This document shows positions 10,236-18,832 of a DNA stretch of 64,000 nt, piece after piece (the first letter of the stretch is position 1; every line of letters begins with the position of its first letter). The DNA is taken from contig JBDRWD010000003.1 in the NCBI GenBank assembly GCA_039802205.1, positions 11,388-75,387 of the forward strand. The letters run 5' to 3'. A program made the translations under genes and the position numbers. Origin of the DNA: a candidate division WOR-3 bacterium (GTDB lineage: Bacteria; Hydrothermota; Tepidihabitantia; SM23-42; JAOAFX01). A model generated the notes under the pieces. The model saw only the letters and a program-made list of their open reading frames with translations, had not been told where the DNA came from and did not search any database.

Positions 10236-10649
10236 ATGGATATTGAGGCAATAAAAAAAATTCTCCCGCATCGGGAACCATTTTTATTTATTGATGAGGT
10301 ATTAGAGATAAGTGATAAAAAAATTATTGCCAAACGCACCATTAAGCACGACGAGTATTTCTTCGCAGGTCACTTTCCTGGTGAGCCGATAATGCCGGGC
10401 GTTCTCATTGTGGAAGCACTTGCCCAGACCGGTGGTGTGATGCTTTTACGAAAAATGCCCGGGGCAATTCCTTTGTTTATGGGAATTGATAAAGCAAGAT
10501 TCCGAAAGATTGTCAAACCTGGTGATACATTGATAATGGAGGTGGAGTTACTCCAGGAACGAGGAATGGTGGTGAAGATTGAAGGTGTTGCAAAAGTTAA
10601 TGGTGAAGTCGTCTGTGAAGCAACAATTCTTGCTGGCATCAAAAAATGA
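10236..10649 (+). CDS. fabZ: 3-hydroxyacyl-ACP dehydratase
   Basis: 137 aa. LPHREPFLFIDEV...FFAGHFPGEPIMPGVLIVEALAQ hot-dog signature. An AAGGAG Shine-Dalgarno sequence lies upstream. Confidence 0.9.
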   Translation: MDIEAIKKILPHREPFLFIDEVLEISDKKIIAKRTIKHDEYFFAGHFPGEPIMPGVLIVEALAQTGGVMLLRKMPGAIPLFMGIDKARFRKIVKPGDTLIMEVELLQERGMVVKIEGVAKVNGEVVCEATILAGIKK

Positions 10650-10667
10650 TTGAAGAAACAATGAGAG

Positions 10668-11429
10668 ATGGATGAAGTTTTTATTGACAGGAGAGCAAAG
10701 GTTCACCGCTCGGTTAAAATCGGGCGATTTTCAATTGTTGAGGAGGGGGTGGAAATTGGGGCGGGAACAGAAATTGGTGAATTTGTAATCATCAGAAGAG
10801 GGACAAGGCTGGGTAAAAATAATAAAATATATGCAGGTGTCCAATTGGGAATCGACCCGCAGGATTATCACTTTAAAGGTGAGTATTCCGAATGTATCAT
10901 CGGGGACAATAATATCATCCGGGAATATACCACGGTTTCCCGGGCGACCGGTGAGGGTGAGAAAACTGTCATAGGTAATAATAACTTTATCATGACATAT
11001 GTGCACATCGCCCACAATGTAAAAATCGGGAATAACACAGTGATTGCCAGCGGGGTCCAGATTGCCGGATATGTGGAAATTGATGATTATGCCTATATAG
11101 GAGGCCTGGCGGGTATCCATCAATTTTGTCGCATAGGCAAATATGCCCTTTTAGGTGCAAAGTCATATTTGAATAAAGATCTACCACCCTACTTTATGGC
11201 ACGGGGAAATAAGGCAATGGTTTTGGGGATTAACCGTATCGGATTGCTAAGAGCGGGTTTTACCATGGATGATCTTGAAGAAATAAAAAAGATCTTCCGT
11301 ACACTTTATTGTACTAATAAAAATCTAAGCGAAATCGTCTTACACTTAGAAAACGATGGAAAAAAAGAATTCGCTCAGACCGTTGTTAACTTCATTAAAA
11401 CTACCAAGCGCGGAATTGTGCGCCGGTAA
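10668..11429 (+). CDS. lpxA: Acyl-ACP--UDP-GlcNAc O-acyltransferase
   Basis: 253 aa. Hexapeptide repeats are followed by the helical tail GINRIGLLRAGFTMDDLEEIKKIFRTLY. It follows fabZ, which is the conserved gene order. Confidence 0.85.
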   Translation: MDEVFIDRRAKVHRSVKIGRFSIVEEGVEIGAGTEIGEFVIIRRGTRLGKNNKIYAGVQLGIDPQDYHFKGEYSECIIGDNNIIREYTTVSRATGEGEKTVIGNNNFIMTYVHIAHNVKIGNNTVIASGVQIAGYVEIDDYAYIGGLAGIHQFCRIGKYALLGAKSYLNKDLPPYFMARGNKAMVLGINRIGLLRAGFTMDDLEEIKKIFRTLYCTNKNLSEIVLHLENDGKKEFAQTVVNFIKTTKRGIVRR

Positions 11430-11431
11430 CA

Positions 11432-11527
11432 TCATCTTAATTTCTTTTTATGGCGCATTGCCTTTCTTCTTTTTTTATATTTATGGCGCTTAATCTTTCT
11501 TAATTTTCTCTTTCTTCCGCAAGGCAT
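11432..11527 (-). CDS. 31-aa highly basic microprotein, ribosomal protein bS22-like
   Basis: Hand-translated as MPCGRKRKLRKIKRHKYKKRRKAMRHKKKLR*. A strong AGGAGGTG lies 5 nt upstream, and it has its own consensus promoter. It is below the ORF-track size cutoff. It resembles the MPxGKKRKRHK...RRKxxRHKKK pattern of bS22 as I recall it. Confidence 0.6.
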   Translation of the reverse strand: MPCGRKRKLRKIKRHKYKKRRKAMRHKKKLR

Positions 11528-11548
11528 AGTAACACCTCCTTTCGCAAA

Positions 11549-11576
11549 ATTATAATTATTTTTTATTAAAGGTCAA
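11549..11576 (-). promoter_or_regulatory. sigma70-type promoter of the bS22-like gene
   Basis: On the reverse strand: TTGACC (11576-11571), 16 nt, TATAAT (11554-11549). A 21-nt leader with GGAGG follows. Confidence 0.55.
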
Positions 11577-11790
11577 GGTTTTTTTTGGTTAAATTATTTA
11601 CAACGCTCCTGACAAATTTTGAAATAAATCTGGAACATTGATAAATGGCAAGTTATGAATATAATTCACTATAAATTAAGAAGAGAAATGGTAAGGGATA
11701 TTGTTTGTCACAAATCTCTCTCAAAGGATATTCGGTTCTTTCTTTTTAGGATACTGCATAATTGGATTACTACAAAGGAGGCAGGATGAA

Positions 11791-11822
11791 ATGCCTAAAT
11801 ACCTACATGCCTAAATGCCTAA
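11791..11822. repeat. 4 x 8-bp tandem repeat (ATGCCTAA-like)
   Basis: The units are atgcctaa/atacctac/atgcctaa/atgcctaa, followed by gtttgga gtttgga. The array lies at the 5' end of the pseudogene. Confidence 0.7.
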
Positions 11823-12843
11823 AATTTTTTGTTTGGAGTTTGGAAATTAAACATTGTATGAGTTACGGTGTTGGGGATGCTGGATATGAGACTGATACTT
11901 GTCTATCCGTGGTTCAAGATAATACCTTTTATGCCAATGATTCATTTCCTTTGATTATCAGCACAACCGAACTTGGTGAATGTAAAAACAATCAATTTAT
12001 TGATAATCGTCATAATGCAATTTTAATCAGAGGTGGCGGTGATATAACAAAAAGTTTGAGCATCCAGAATCAGGGTGTGCCTTATGTAATAGATTGCTGG
12101 TTTGTAGTAAATAGTCTATTGGAGATTGAAAAGAGGAATATTTTGCAATTTAAAGGTCAGAGAGCGTGGTTTAAGCCCAATGGTATTTTAAAAGCAACTG
12201 GAGTAACCTTTACTGCGTATGATACTGTTTGGTGGGGAATGAAGTTTGATAATTCTAAATTAGATGCTTCAGTATTGGATAGTTGTATCTTAGAAAAAGC
12301 GAGATATTATAGTGGTGTTTGGCCAAGGGGTGCGATTGATATTAACAATAGCTGGATGCGGGTGAGCAATTCGGCCGTCGTGAATAATGAGTGTGGGATT
12401 TACATAAGTGGCGCAGCGAGCAGATTGACTTTGACTAATAATTTAATCAGTCAGAACAGTGATGGGATAAGAGCGTATGGTGATAGCAAGGCGGAATCTC
12501 TTTATATTAAATTTAACGATCTTTCAGGAAACAAATGTGCATTTGCTATGCCTATCAATTTCTCACCCCCATATTATGTGGCTGATTCTAACTGGTGGGG
12601 GGATGCAACAGGACCCTGGGACCCATCAAATGGTGCGCCGGATTATAATCCGCAGGGAAGACAATTCAATTGGGGATTATGTTATTTATAGATCATGGTT
12701 GACTGCACCGGTTCAGCCGCCAAAGGTTATGCTTTTACAGCCGAATGGGGAAGAGGTTTTGGATAGTGGGGAAAGGTATGAGATTAGATGGAGATGGGGA
12801 GACGAGAAGATCAGAATATCAGAGTGTCAGGGGATGAGAGAAA

Positions 12844-12871
12844 AATCCGAAATCCGAAAACCGAAATCCGA
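12844..12871. repeat. 4 x 7-bp tandem repeat (AATCCGA)
   Basis: The units are aatccga/aatccga/aaaccga/aatccga. They sit inside the first insertion in the pseudogene. Confidence 0.75.
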
Positions 12872-13736
12872 AACAAATTCTAAATCAGAAATTCCAAACA
12901 TTCAAAAAGACACAGATGGGATTCCTCGCAATGGCACTCTCACCCTTACCCTGGTGCAGTGATTGAGACACTATTTACCCAGACCTTCTGTAGGACTCCT
13001 TCAATTACGATTGATGATTCAAGGAATCTGCATATTCTGTGGCAGGGTAAGAAGAGTATTTGCTATCAAGAGAAAGATTCAACGGACTGGCTTGGAGTTG
13101 ACACTATCTACCAGACAGGCTCTATCCAGTGATCGATCTTTATGGCACAAAGATAATGACAGTCTGGCAGGACCGGGATTTATTGGGCAATTTAGAGATT
13201 TATAGCCGGCAGAAGACTGATACTGGCTGGCAGGATATAAAAAAGGTTACGACAACTTCTGGAGAATCAAAATTTCCAACCCTATCCGGTGGGCATTATT
13301 GTTTGTGGCAGGATAATATGTCTGGAAACTGGGAAGTATATATGAGTAAGTATGTGGATACTTTGGGAAGTTGGACCTCACCAGAGAATATCTCTAATAC
13401 AACGACCGCCTCAGTTTTTCCACATTCTGCATATTCTTTAGTGAATGCTAATAATGCAAAGTTATATTGCCTCTGGACCGAGGGTGATACGATTCTCTAT
13501 ACGATTAAATTTAAAAAAATTGATGTTTCCCCGGTGGCAAAGGTCTTTGCGGATTTGGGCCAGCCTATTCAATCCCGGTACTGCTTGCACTGTGATGGCT
13601 ACTGGATATTTGGTGATAAGCCTTATCAGACTACGGATTGGGGGTATGAGAATTTGAGATATAAGTTTATGGGATTGAACCCGGAGAAAATATATCGGCT
13701 GGATTTGGTGTATTATTTTGAGAATCAGACAATCGG

Positions 13737-13826
13737 AGGCAATTCAGGGCAATTTGAGGCAATTAGAGGCAAAAGGGGAATCAGGGGTTATTAAGGGATA
13801 TGAAAGGTCATCAGGGGATAACGGGC
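13737..13826. repeat. 10-bp periodic purine-rich repeat
   Basis: The first four units are gaggcaattc/agggcaattt/gaggcaatta/gaggcaaaag. Five degenerate GG-phased decamers follow. Confidence 0.6.
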
Positions 13827-13849
13827 TTGAAGTTTCTGCTTCTACAGGT

Positions 13850-13877
13850 CGTGAACCGTGTACCGTGAACCGTGAAA
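13850..13877. repeat. 4 x 7-bp tandem repeat (CGTGAAC)
   Basis: The units are cgtgaac/cgtgtac/cgtgaac/cgtgaaa. Confidence 0.75.
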
Positions 13878-13892
13878 CGGAAAATTGTAGTG

Positions 13893-13936
13893 GTGCGATT
13901 CATCGCACGGATGGGATGCTGAAACAAGTTCAGCAT
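13893..13936. repeat. Two short hairpins inside the second insertion
   Basis: gtgcga-ttca-tcgcac (13893-13908) and atgctgaa-acaag-ttcagcat (13916-13936). Confidence 0.6.
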
Positions 13937-14579
13937 GACAGACACAAAAATGATGTTTCTATTCCAGAAGGAGAGAGGGGCATTGGCAGGATTATTCAGG
14001 GCTGGTGGTGGATGGAATTGGACTGGATACGACATTTATTACCCCGAATCATTTAGAGCGGATTTCCATTTGGTTGCCTGAGAATACCTATGCCGATGGA
14101 GAAATAATTATGGATATTTCAAAAGTCAAAGGCAAGCGGGTTGTTTGTAGTGAGATTGGGTTATATGAGTTTCCTTCAGAGAAATTCTATACCAGTAATT
14201 TTTCTGATCCACAGGGTGCTGAATTACAACTTTCAAAGCAATTCTATCTTGATAAAATCTATCCTAATCTGACAAAGGGAATGATAAGACTAAGATTCAA
14301 TTCACCGGATAACCGAAAAATCATAATTAAACTCTATGATGTCAGCGTCGACTCGTGCACACAGAAGATATATTAGAATCAGTAATCGGAATGAATGGGG
14401 TTATGATAAGACCAAAAGGATTTCCAGCGGGAATTTATTTTGTCAAACTTGAGACCTCGGGGTATGAAAAGATAGAAAAGGCAATCCTTCTCAAATAAAA
14501 GAGTTTTTTCACATTTTGGTTAATTGATGCAGTTTAACCCCTGAGGAATAAGATTATTTTCTTTGATTTAATCGCATTC

Positions 14580-14608
14580 TTGAAATTGGGCAATGAATTA
14601 GATATAAT
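14580..14608 (+). promoter_or_regulatory. sigma70-type promoter (leaderless layout)
   Basis: TTGAAA, 17 nt, TATAAT (14603-14608), then 8 nt to the ATG at 14617. Confidence 0.55.
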
Positions 14609-14616
14609 TTATAAAA

Positions 14617-15159
14617 ATGGGAAAAGTTTTGTTTTTTTTGTTATTATTATTCCTTCCTCTCCTTTTATGCAGTAAAAAACCGATAATAGATTTTTATCAG
14701 GAGAAGATAACTATTGAGATTGATTCCGCATCAGCACTGGTACGGGGTGAATATTTTTTTGCAAATAATACCAATACCCGGAAGATTGTGAGATTTTTTT
14801 ATCCGTTTCCCGTGGATTCCATTCACTCTTTCCCCGACATTATCATTCTCAATCAACCTTATGAGAGAGATACCAATGGTATCCATTTTTCTATGTTATT
14901 AGAACCAGGTCGAAACAATTCTTTTAAAATTTCCTATCGGCAATATTTAAAGAAACGATATTTTTGTTACATTACAACCACCACCCGGAAATGGCAGAAA
15001 CCGATAAAGTATGCTGAGTTTATTGTGTTCGCTAAAAAAAACCAACGACTTCACCTGAGCTATCCACCTACGGCAATTTTCTCGCGGGGCGAGTATGATT
15101 GCTACAAAATTGTTAAGAGAGAATTCTACCCGGCAGAGGATTTGGTCATTCAGTGGTGA
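14617..15159 (+). CDS. Hypothetical lipoprotein
   Basis: 180 aa. The signal MGKVLFFLLLLFLPLLLCS has a lipobox-like LLLC. No recognisable catalytic motif. Confidence 0.55.
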   Translation: MGKVLFFLLLLFLPLLLCSKKPIIDFYQEKITIEIDSASALVRGEYFFANNTNTRKIVRFFYPFPVDSIHSFPDIIILNQPYERDTNGIHFSMLLEPGRNNSFKISYRQYLKKRYFCYITTTTRKWQKPIKYAEFIVFAKKNQRLHLSYPPTAIFSRGEYDCYKIVKREFYPAEDLVIQW

Positions 15160-15844
15160 GTGTACCAAAATCGTGGATTTCCACACAATTTTTTATCGAG
15201 AATTCCCCCACCTTTTCCCGTTGCAAATAAAATAAAAATCCGGTTGTCCTGAGGGCACCAGCGATGTCCTGGGCGAGCTGTCTTATATATACTCCACCCC
15301 TACAATTCACACGGATGGTTAAAATAGGATATTTGTAGAAAATTAATTCAATCTTTCCAATTTCAACCTTTTTCTGTTTGGTTATCTGAATCCCTTTACG
15401 GGCAAGTTTATATAGCGGCACCCCCTGAAATTTGGCGGCAGAGTAAGAAGGCACACGCTGCTCTATTTCACCGATAAAAGTGCCGATAACTTCTTCTACG
15501 GTATTCAGTCCAGGTTTTACTATCTGCTCCGGCTCTTGGAAGCGGATGGTACCCGTGATGTCACCGGTATCGGATTCCGCACCCAGCAAAATGCCCGCAG
15601 TATAAACTTTTTCCCAGTTTTTTATCTCTTCAAAATGCTTGGTATATTTACCCAATAGTAAAAGTACAACTCCGCAGGCAAAAGGATCAAGGGTGCCACC
15701 ATGACCAATCTTTCCCTTGAAACCTGTGGTCTTACGGAAAATTCTAATGATATCAAAAGTTGATGGTCCCACCGGTTTATATACCGGAATTATCCTTCCT
15801 GATTGATCCATAGAAAATTTTACATAGATCATGATTTTATTCAA
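15146..15844 (-). CDS. truB: tRNA pseudouridine-55 synthase
   Basis: KPVGPSTFDIIR...KIGHGGTLDPFACGVVLLLLG contains the catalytic Asp motif. The real start may be the internal Met at 15811 (MDQSGRIIPVYKP). Confidence 0.85.
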   Translation of the reverse strand: MNKIMIYVKFSMDQSGRIIPVYKPVGPSTFDIIRIFRKTTGFKGKIGHGGTLDPFACGVVLLLLGKYTKHFEEIKNWEKVYTAGILLGAESDTGDITGTIRFQEPEQIVKPGLNTVEEVIGTFIGEIEQRVPSYSAAKFQGVPLYKLARKGIQITKQKKVEIGKIELIFYKYPILTIRVNCRGGVYIRQLAQDIAGALRTTGFLFYLQREKVGEFSIKNCVEIHDFGTLTTE

Positions 15845-15848
15845 GTGG

Positions 15849-15876
15849 TTGACTTTTTACTTTTTTTAATTATTAT
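15849..15876 (+). promoter_or_regulatory. sigma70-type promoter (leaderless layout)
   Basis: TTGACT, 16 nt, TATTAT, then 5 nt to the ATG at 15882. Confidence 0.5.
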
Positions 15877-15881
15877 TCTCT

Positions 15882-16346
15882 ATGTGGTTTTTAGTACTTA
15901 TCAATTTTTATTTGGGATTTGAGGGTGGTATAAACTTGCCCGTAATCGGGCTTGATTATGACCTTAAAAGCGGCAACCTCTTCAGGGTTTACATCGGCAA
16001 GAATGATTTAAAAACTGGTATCTATTGGAATTTGGTCTTGGGTGGCTCATATTATTATGGCAGAAATCCGGGCTATTCCTTAAGAACTTACGGGGTGCGT
16101 TTGATGGGTTATAAAGTTTTTCGTAGTATCTCGCCTTATCTTGAGACCGGTATCGATTATATCAAGCGGACTTTAGAGAAAAATAGTGAATGGGGATTTG
16201 GTTTTGAATATGCCATTGGTTTTTTGATCAATTTCAATTATGAAAACATCACTTTTTATCCAGCATTTTATTATGACGGTGTGACCGATTTTAAAAGCCA
16301 TGCAGGAAGTGCCGGTGTAAAACTGGGGTTAAAGTATGAATGGTAG
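15882..16346 (+). CDS. Hypothetical small beta-barrel-like outer-membrane protein
   Basis: 154 aa. Alternating Gly/aromatic strands and a C-terminal ...GLKYEW aromatic terminus. No clear signal peptide. Confidence 0.4.
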   Translation: MWFLVLINFYLGFEGGINLPVIGLDYDLKSGNLFRVYIGKNDLKTGIYWNLVLGGSYYYGRNPGYSLRTYGVRLMGYKVFRSISPYLETGIDYIKRTLEKNSEWGFGFEYAIGFLINFNYENITFYPAFYYDGVTDFKSHAGSAGVKLGLKYEW

Positions 16347-16971
16347 GCATTGGGGCGGCTTAACAAGTGCGATTTTATTCACCTTGTCCTGCACGAATCA
16401 TATTATTGAACGCTCGGCAAACGATTATTTCCCCTTGAGTGTGGGTAACTGGTGGAATTACACGAATGATGACCTCTATAATCCCCAAAGTATAAGCATT
16501 ACCATTGAAACCCCCGATACTATTTTAGGAACACATTGTTATCCTTTCAATATCTCTGGGGAATTTCATTATTACACCAGGGACGAAGAGGGAATAAAAG
16601 AATATATAAAATTTACCCAAAATTATGGGGGAAATGAGATTATTGTTATGCAAGGATTTATCACCCGGTTGGAATTACCTTTTGTTTCTGGGAATCGGTT
16701 CAGTGATTCGTTGGTCGATTCTTGTGATTTTTACGGGACATGGATAAAAATCTGCTATCGGATCGAAGGTCTGGTCGCTGAATATCGTGCAGATAAAGTG
16801 TACGGAGAGGTTTATAAAATCATCATAAGCAAATTTCACTCCATCACCATGCCGGATTCAGTGAGCACCGGTGAAGAATATTTAGAAGAATATTATGCCC
16901 CGGGCATAGGTATGATAGAATTTAAAAATCCCTCAGGGAGATTCAGACTAAAAGATTTTCATATCGAATAA
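16336..16971 (+). CDS. Hypothetical lipoprotein
   Basis: 211 aa. The N-terminus ...AILFTLSCTN is lipobox-like. It overlaps the upstream gene by 11 nt. Confidence 0.45.
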   Translation: MNGRHWGGLTSAILFTLSCTNHIIERSANDYFPLSVGNWWNYTNDDLYNPQSISITIETPDTILGTHCYPFNISGEFHYYTRDEEGIKEYIKFTQNYGGNEIIVMQGFITRLELPFVSGNRFSDSLVDSCDFYGTWIKICYRIEGLVAEYRADKVYGEVYKIIISKFHSITMPDSVSTGEEYLEEYYAPGIGMIEFKNPSGRFRLKDFHIE

Positions 16972-17001
16972 AATATTTGATGCCACTTTGATTCCACAAT
17001 T

Positions 17002-17664
17002 ATGAAGAAAAAGCTGCCAGTGGGGAGAACGTTATTGATGAAAATATATAAGCGGTTGTTTGATAGATTTGGTCCCCAGCACTGGTGGCCCGGGGATACG
17101 CCATTTGAAGTAATGGTTGGAGCGATACTCACTCAAAATACAAACTGGCAGAATGTTGAAAAGGCGATAAATAATCTTAAAGAGGCAGGTTTGCTCAATC
17201 CCCATAAACTGCTTGCCAATATAGATAAAATTCCCCAATTAATAAGGCCTTCGGGTTTTTATAAACTTAAAAGCAAAAGATTAATTGCCTTTTTAAAATA
17301 TTTTGTGGAGAAATATGGGGGGGAGGTGAGAAATTTCGATAAAAAAGAAACCGATTTTTTAAGAAATGAACTTTTATTTATTCCTGGCATTGGTCCAGAA
17401 ACCGCAGATTCAATTCTGCTTTATGCCCTCAATCGTCCAGTTTTTGTGGTTGATGCTTATACACGAAGAATGCTGACACGTCATAATTTGATAACTGAAA
17501 AAGCCGACTATAATGAGATACAAAAATTTTTTGAGAGAAATTTACCAAGAGATATTCAGCTTTATAATGAATATCATGCCCTTATAGTTAGACTGGGTAA
17601 AGAATATTGTAAAAAAAATGATCCCCTATGTGATACTTGTCCTATCCACAACATTCTCGCATAA
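17002..17664 (+). CDS. Endonuclease III-related HhH-GPD family protein
   Basis: HWWPGDTPFEVMVGAILTQNTNWQNVEKAI and the HhH element IPGIGPETADSILLYAL. The C-terminus CKKNDPLCDTCPI has only three Cys before the stop. Confidence 0.7.
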   Translation: MKKKLPVGRTLLMKIYKRLFDRFGPQHWWPGDTPFEVMVGAILTQNTNWQNVEKAINNLKEAGLLNPHKLLANIDKIPQLIRPSGFYKLKSKRLIAFLKYFVEKYGGEVRNFDKKETDFLRNELLFIPGIGPETADSILLYALNRPVFVVDAYTRRMLTRHNLITEKADYNEIQKFFERNLPRDIQLYNEYHALIVRLGKEYCKKNDPLCDTCPIHNILA

Positions 17665-18832
17665 CCCTGATAGTTTAGTTCGAGGAATCTATATCAATCC
17701 CTATCAGGGTTGTAAAAAGAGTTTTTTGGAATACATCTTCAAACTTGCCGACTCTAATTATATAAATGCAATCGTTGTAGATTTAAAGAGTGATTATGGT
17801 TATTTGTGTTACGAAACAGAAGTACCCATTGCCCAGGAGCTCAAAGCATTCAAAAGATATATTGATCTTGATTATTTAATAAAAAAATGTAAGGAATTAA
17901 ACATTAAATTAATAGCTCGGATTGTTTGTTTCCGTGATAATTATCTCGCTAAATACGAAGATTGTGCGATTAGAGACTCAGCCGGTGAAATCTGGTATGA
18001 CAAGACCGGCACAGCCTGGGTGAATCCATATAATAAAAAAGTTCATAAATATCTGATAGAGATAATAAAAGAGCTTGAAAAAAAAGGCATTAATTCCTTT
18101 GCCCTTGATTATATAAGATTTCCAACCGATGGCAATATCGGAATTATTAGATTAAATAATGTTAAAGGTGAACGTTATTTTCCGATAATAGAATTTTTGA
18201 AAGAACTAAAAGAAAATGTTGAAGCAGAGATTGGAATTTGTATATTTGGATATGCAGTTTGGTATGATTTAAGACAGGAGGGGCAAGAGGTATCAAGATT
18301 CGGACCTTTTGTTGATGTTGTATATCCGATGCTTTATCCTTCTCATTTCCATCCGAGCTTCAAAAAAGAGGTCTCGGAATACTGGCGCAATTACTGGATT
18401 TATTTTGATTCAGTAGAAGAGGCATTTAAAAAATTGCCTTTTAATGTAAAAGTTATTCCCTTTGTCCAGGGTTTTGACCTTTATTGTGAAGAGTTTAATG
18501 ACTCGTATATATTTTCTCAGATCTTTGGCGCTCTAAATGCGGATGCCGATGGAATAATGATCTGGCACGCAGCAAATGATTATACTACTTCTTTGCCTTC
18601 TTTAATTCGGGCGTATAATTTAATCCAATACCGATACGCTCAGAATAGCCTAAATATCCGTAGGAGAGCGCTACTGCGCCAATATCAAGAAATAAGCCCG
18701 AACCTATCATTATCTCTAAAGAAAAACCAAAAGAAAAACCAGACCAGCCCAAGTCCTGGTAACCAGTTTGATAACCCGCCATTAAAGAAAATCCGGAGAG
18801 TGCTGATTCCTGACCAAATAATGCTTTGGTAG
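17618..18832 (+). CDS. Putative glycoside-hydrolase-like TIM-barrel protein (COG1306/DUF4015-like)
   Basis: RGIYINPYQG...NAIVVDLKSDYGYLCYE...ALDYIRFP...YPMLYPSHF. The last 80 aa or so are low-complexity and lie antisense to the next gene, so the C-terminus is doubtful. Confidence 0.5.
   Translation: MIPYVILVLSTTFSHNPDSLVRGIYINPYQGCKKSFLEYIFKLADSNYINAIVVDLKSDYGYLCYETEVPIAQELKAFKRYIDLDYLIKKCKELNIKLIARIVCFRDNYLAKYEDCAIRDSAGEIWYDKTGTAWVNPYNKKVHKYLIEIIKELEKKGINSFALDYIRFPTDGNIGIIRLNNVKGERYFPIIEFLKELKENVEAEIGICIFGYAVWYDLRQEGQEVSRFGPFVDVVYPMLYPSHFHPSFKKEVSEYWRNYWIYFDSVEEAFKKLPFNVKVIPFVQGFDLYCEEFNDSYIFSQIFGALNADADGIMIWHAANDYTTSLPSLIRAYNLIQYRYAQNSLNIRRRALLRQYQEISPNLSLSLKKNQKKNQTSPSPGNQFDNPPLKKIRRVLIPDQIMLW

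Larger units (their letters stand above)
11762..14498 (+). pseudogene. Disrupted T9SS-secreted surface protein (parallel beta-helix, W-rich repeats, type-A C-terminal sorting domain)
   Basis: The coding signal runs through consecutive ORF fragments in different frames. The pieces are beta-helix repeats (NNECGIYISGAASRLTLTNNLISQNSDGIRAYG), WWGDATGPWDPSNGAPDYNP, repeats like TPSITIDDSRNLHILWQGK / IDLYGTKIMTVWQD / HYCLWQDN / KLYCLWTEGD, and a terminal ...IIIKLYDVS then (other frame) RLVHTEDILESVIGMNGVMIRPKGFPAGIYFVKLETSGYEKIEKAILLK*. Frame breaks lie near 12660, 12884-12960, 13125 and 14347. Non-coding-looking repeat insertions lie at about 12805-12960 and 13735-13990. No signal peptide follows the SD-preceded ATG at 11786. 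Confidence 0.75.

Noticed and set aside
12844-13877. Possible CRISPR-like arrays
   Set aside because: Repeat units are only 7-10 bp, directly adjacent without spacers, with four clear units each. No cas genes are in the window.
12477-14376. Track ORFs 12477-12962, 12963-13205, 13129-13794, 13445-13657, 13718-14056 and 14005-14376 as independent genes
   Set aside because: They are consecutive frame fragments of one disrupted T9SS cargo gene, or translations of its repeat insertions.
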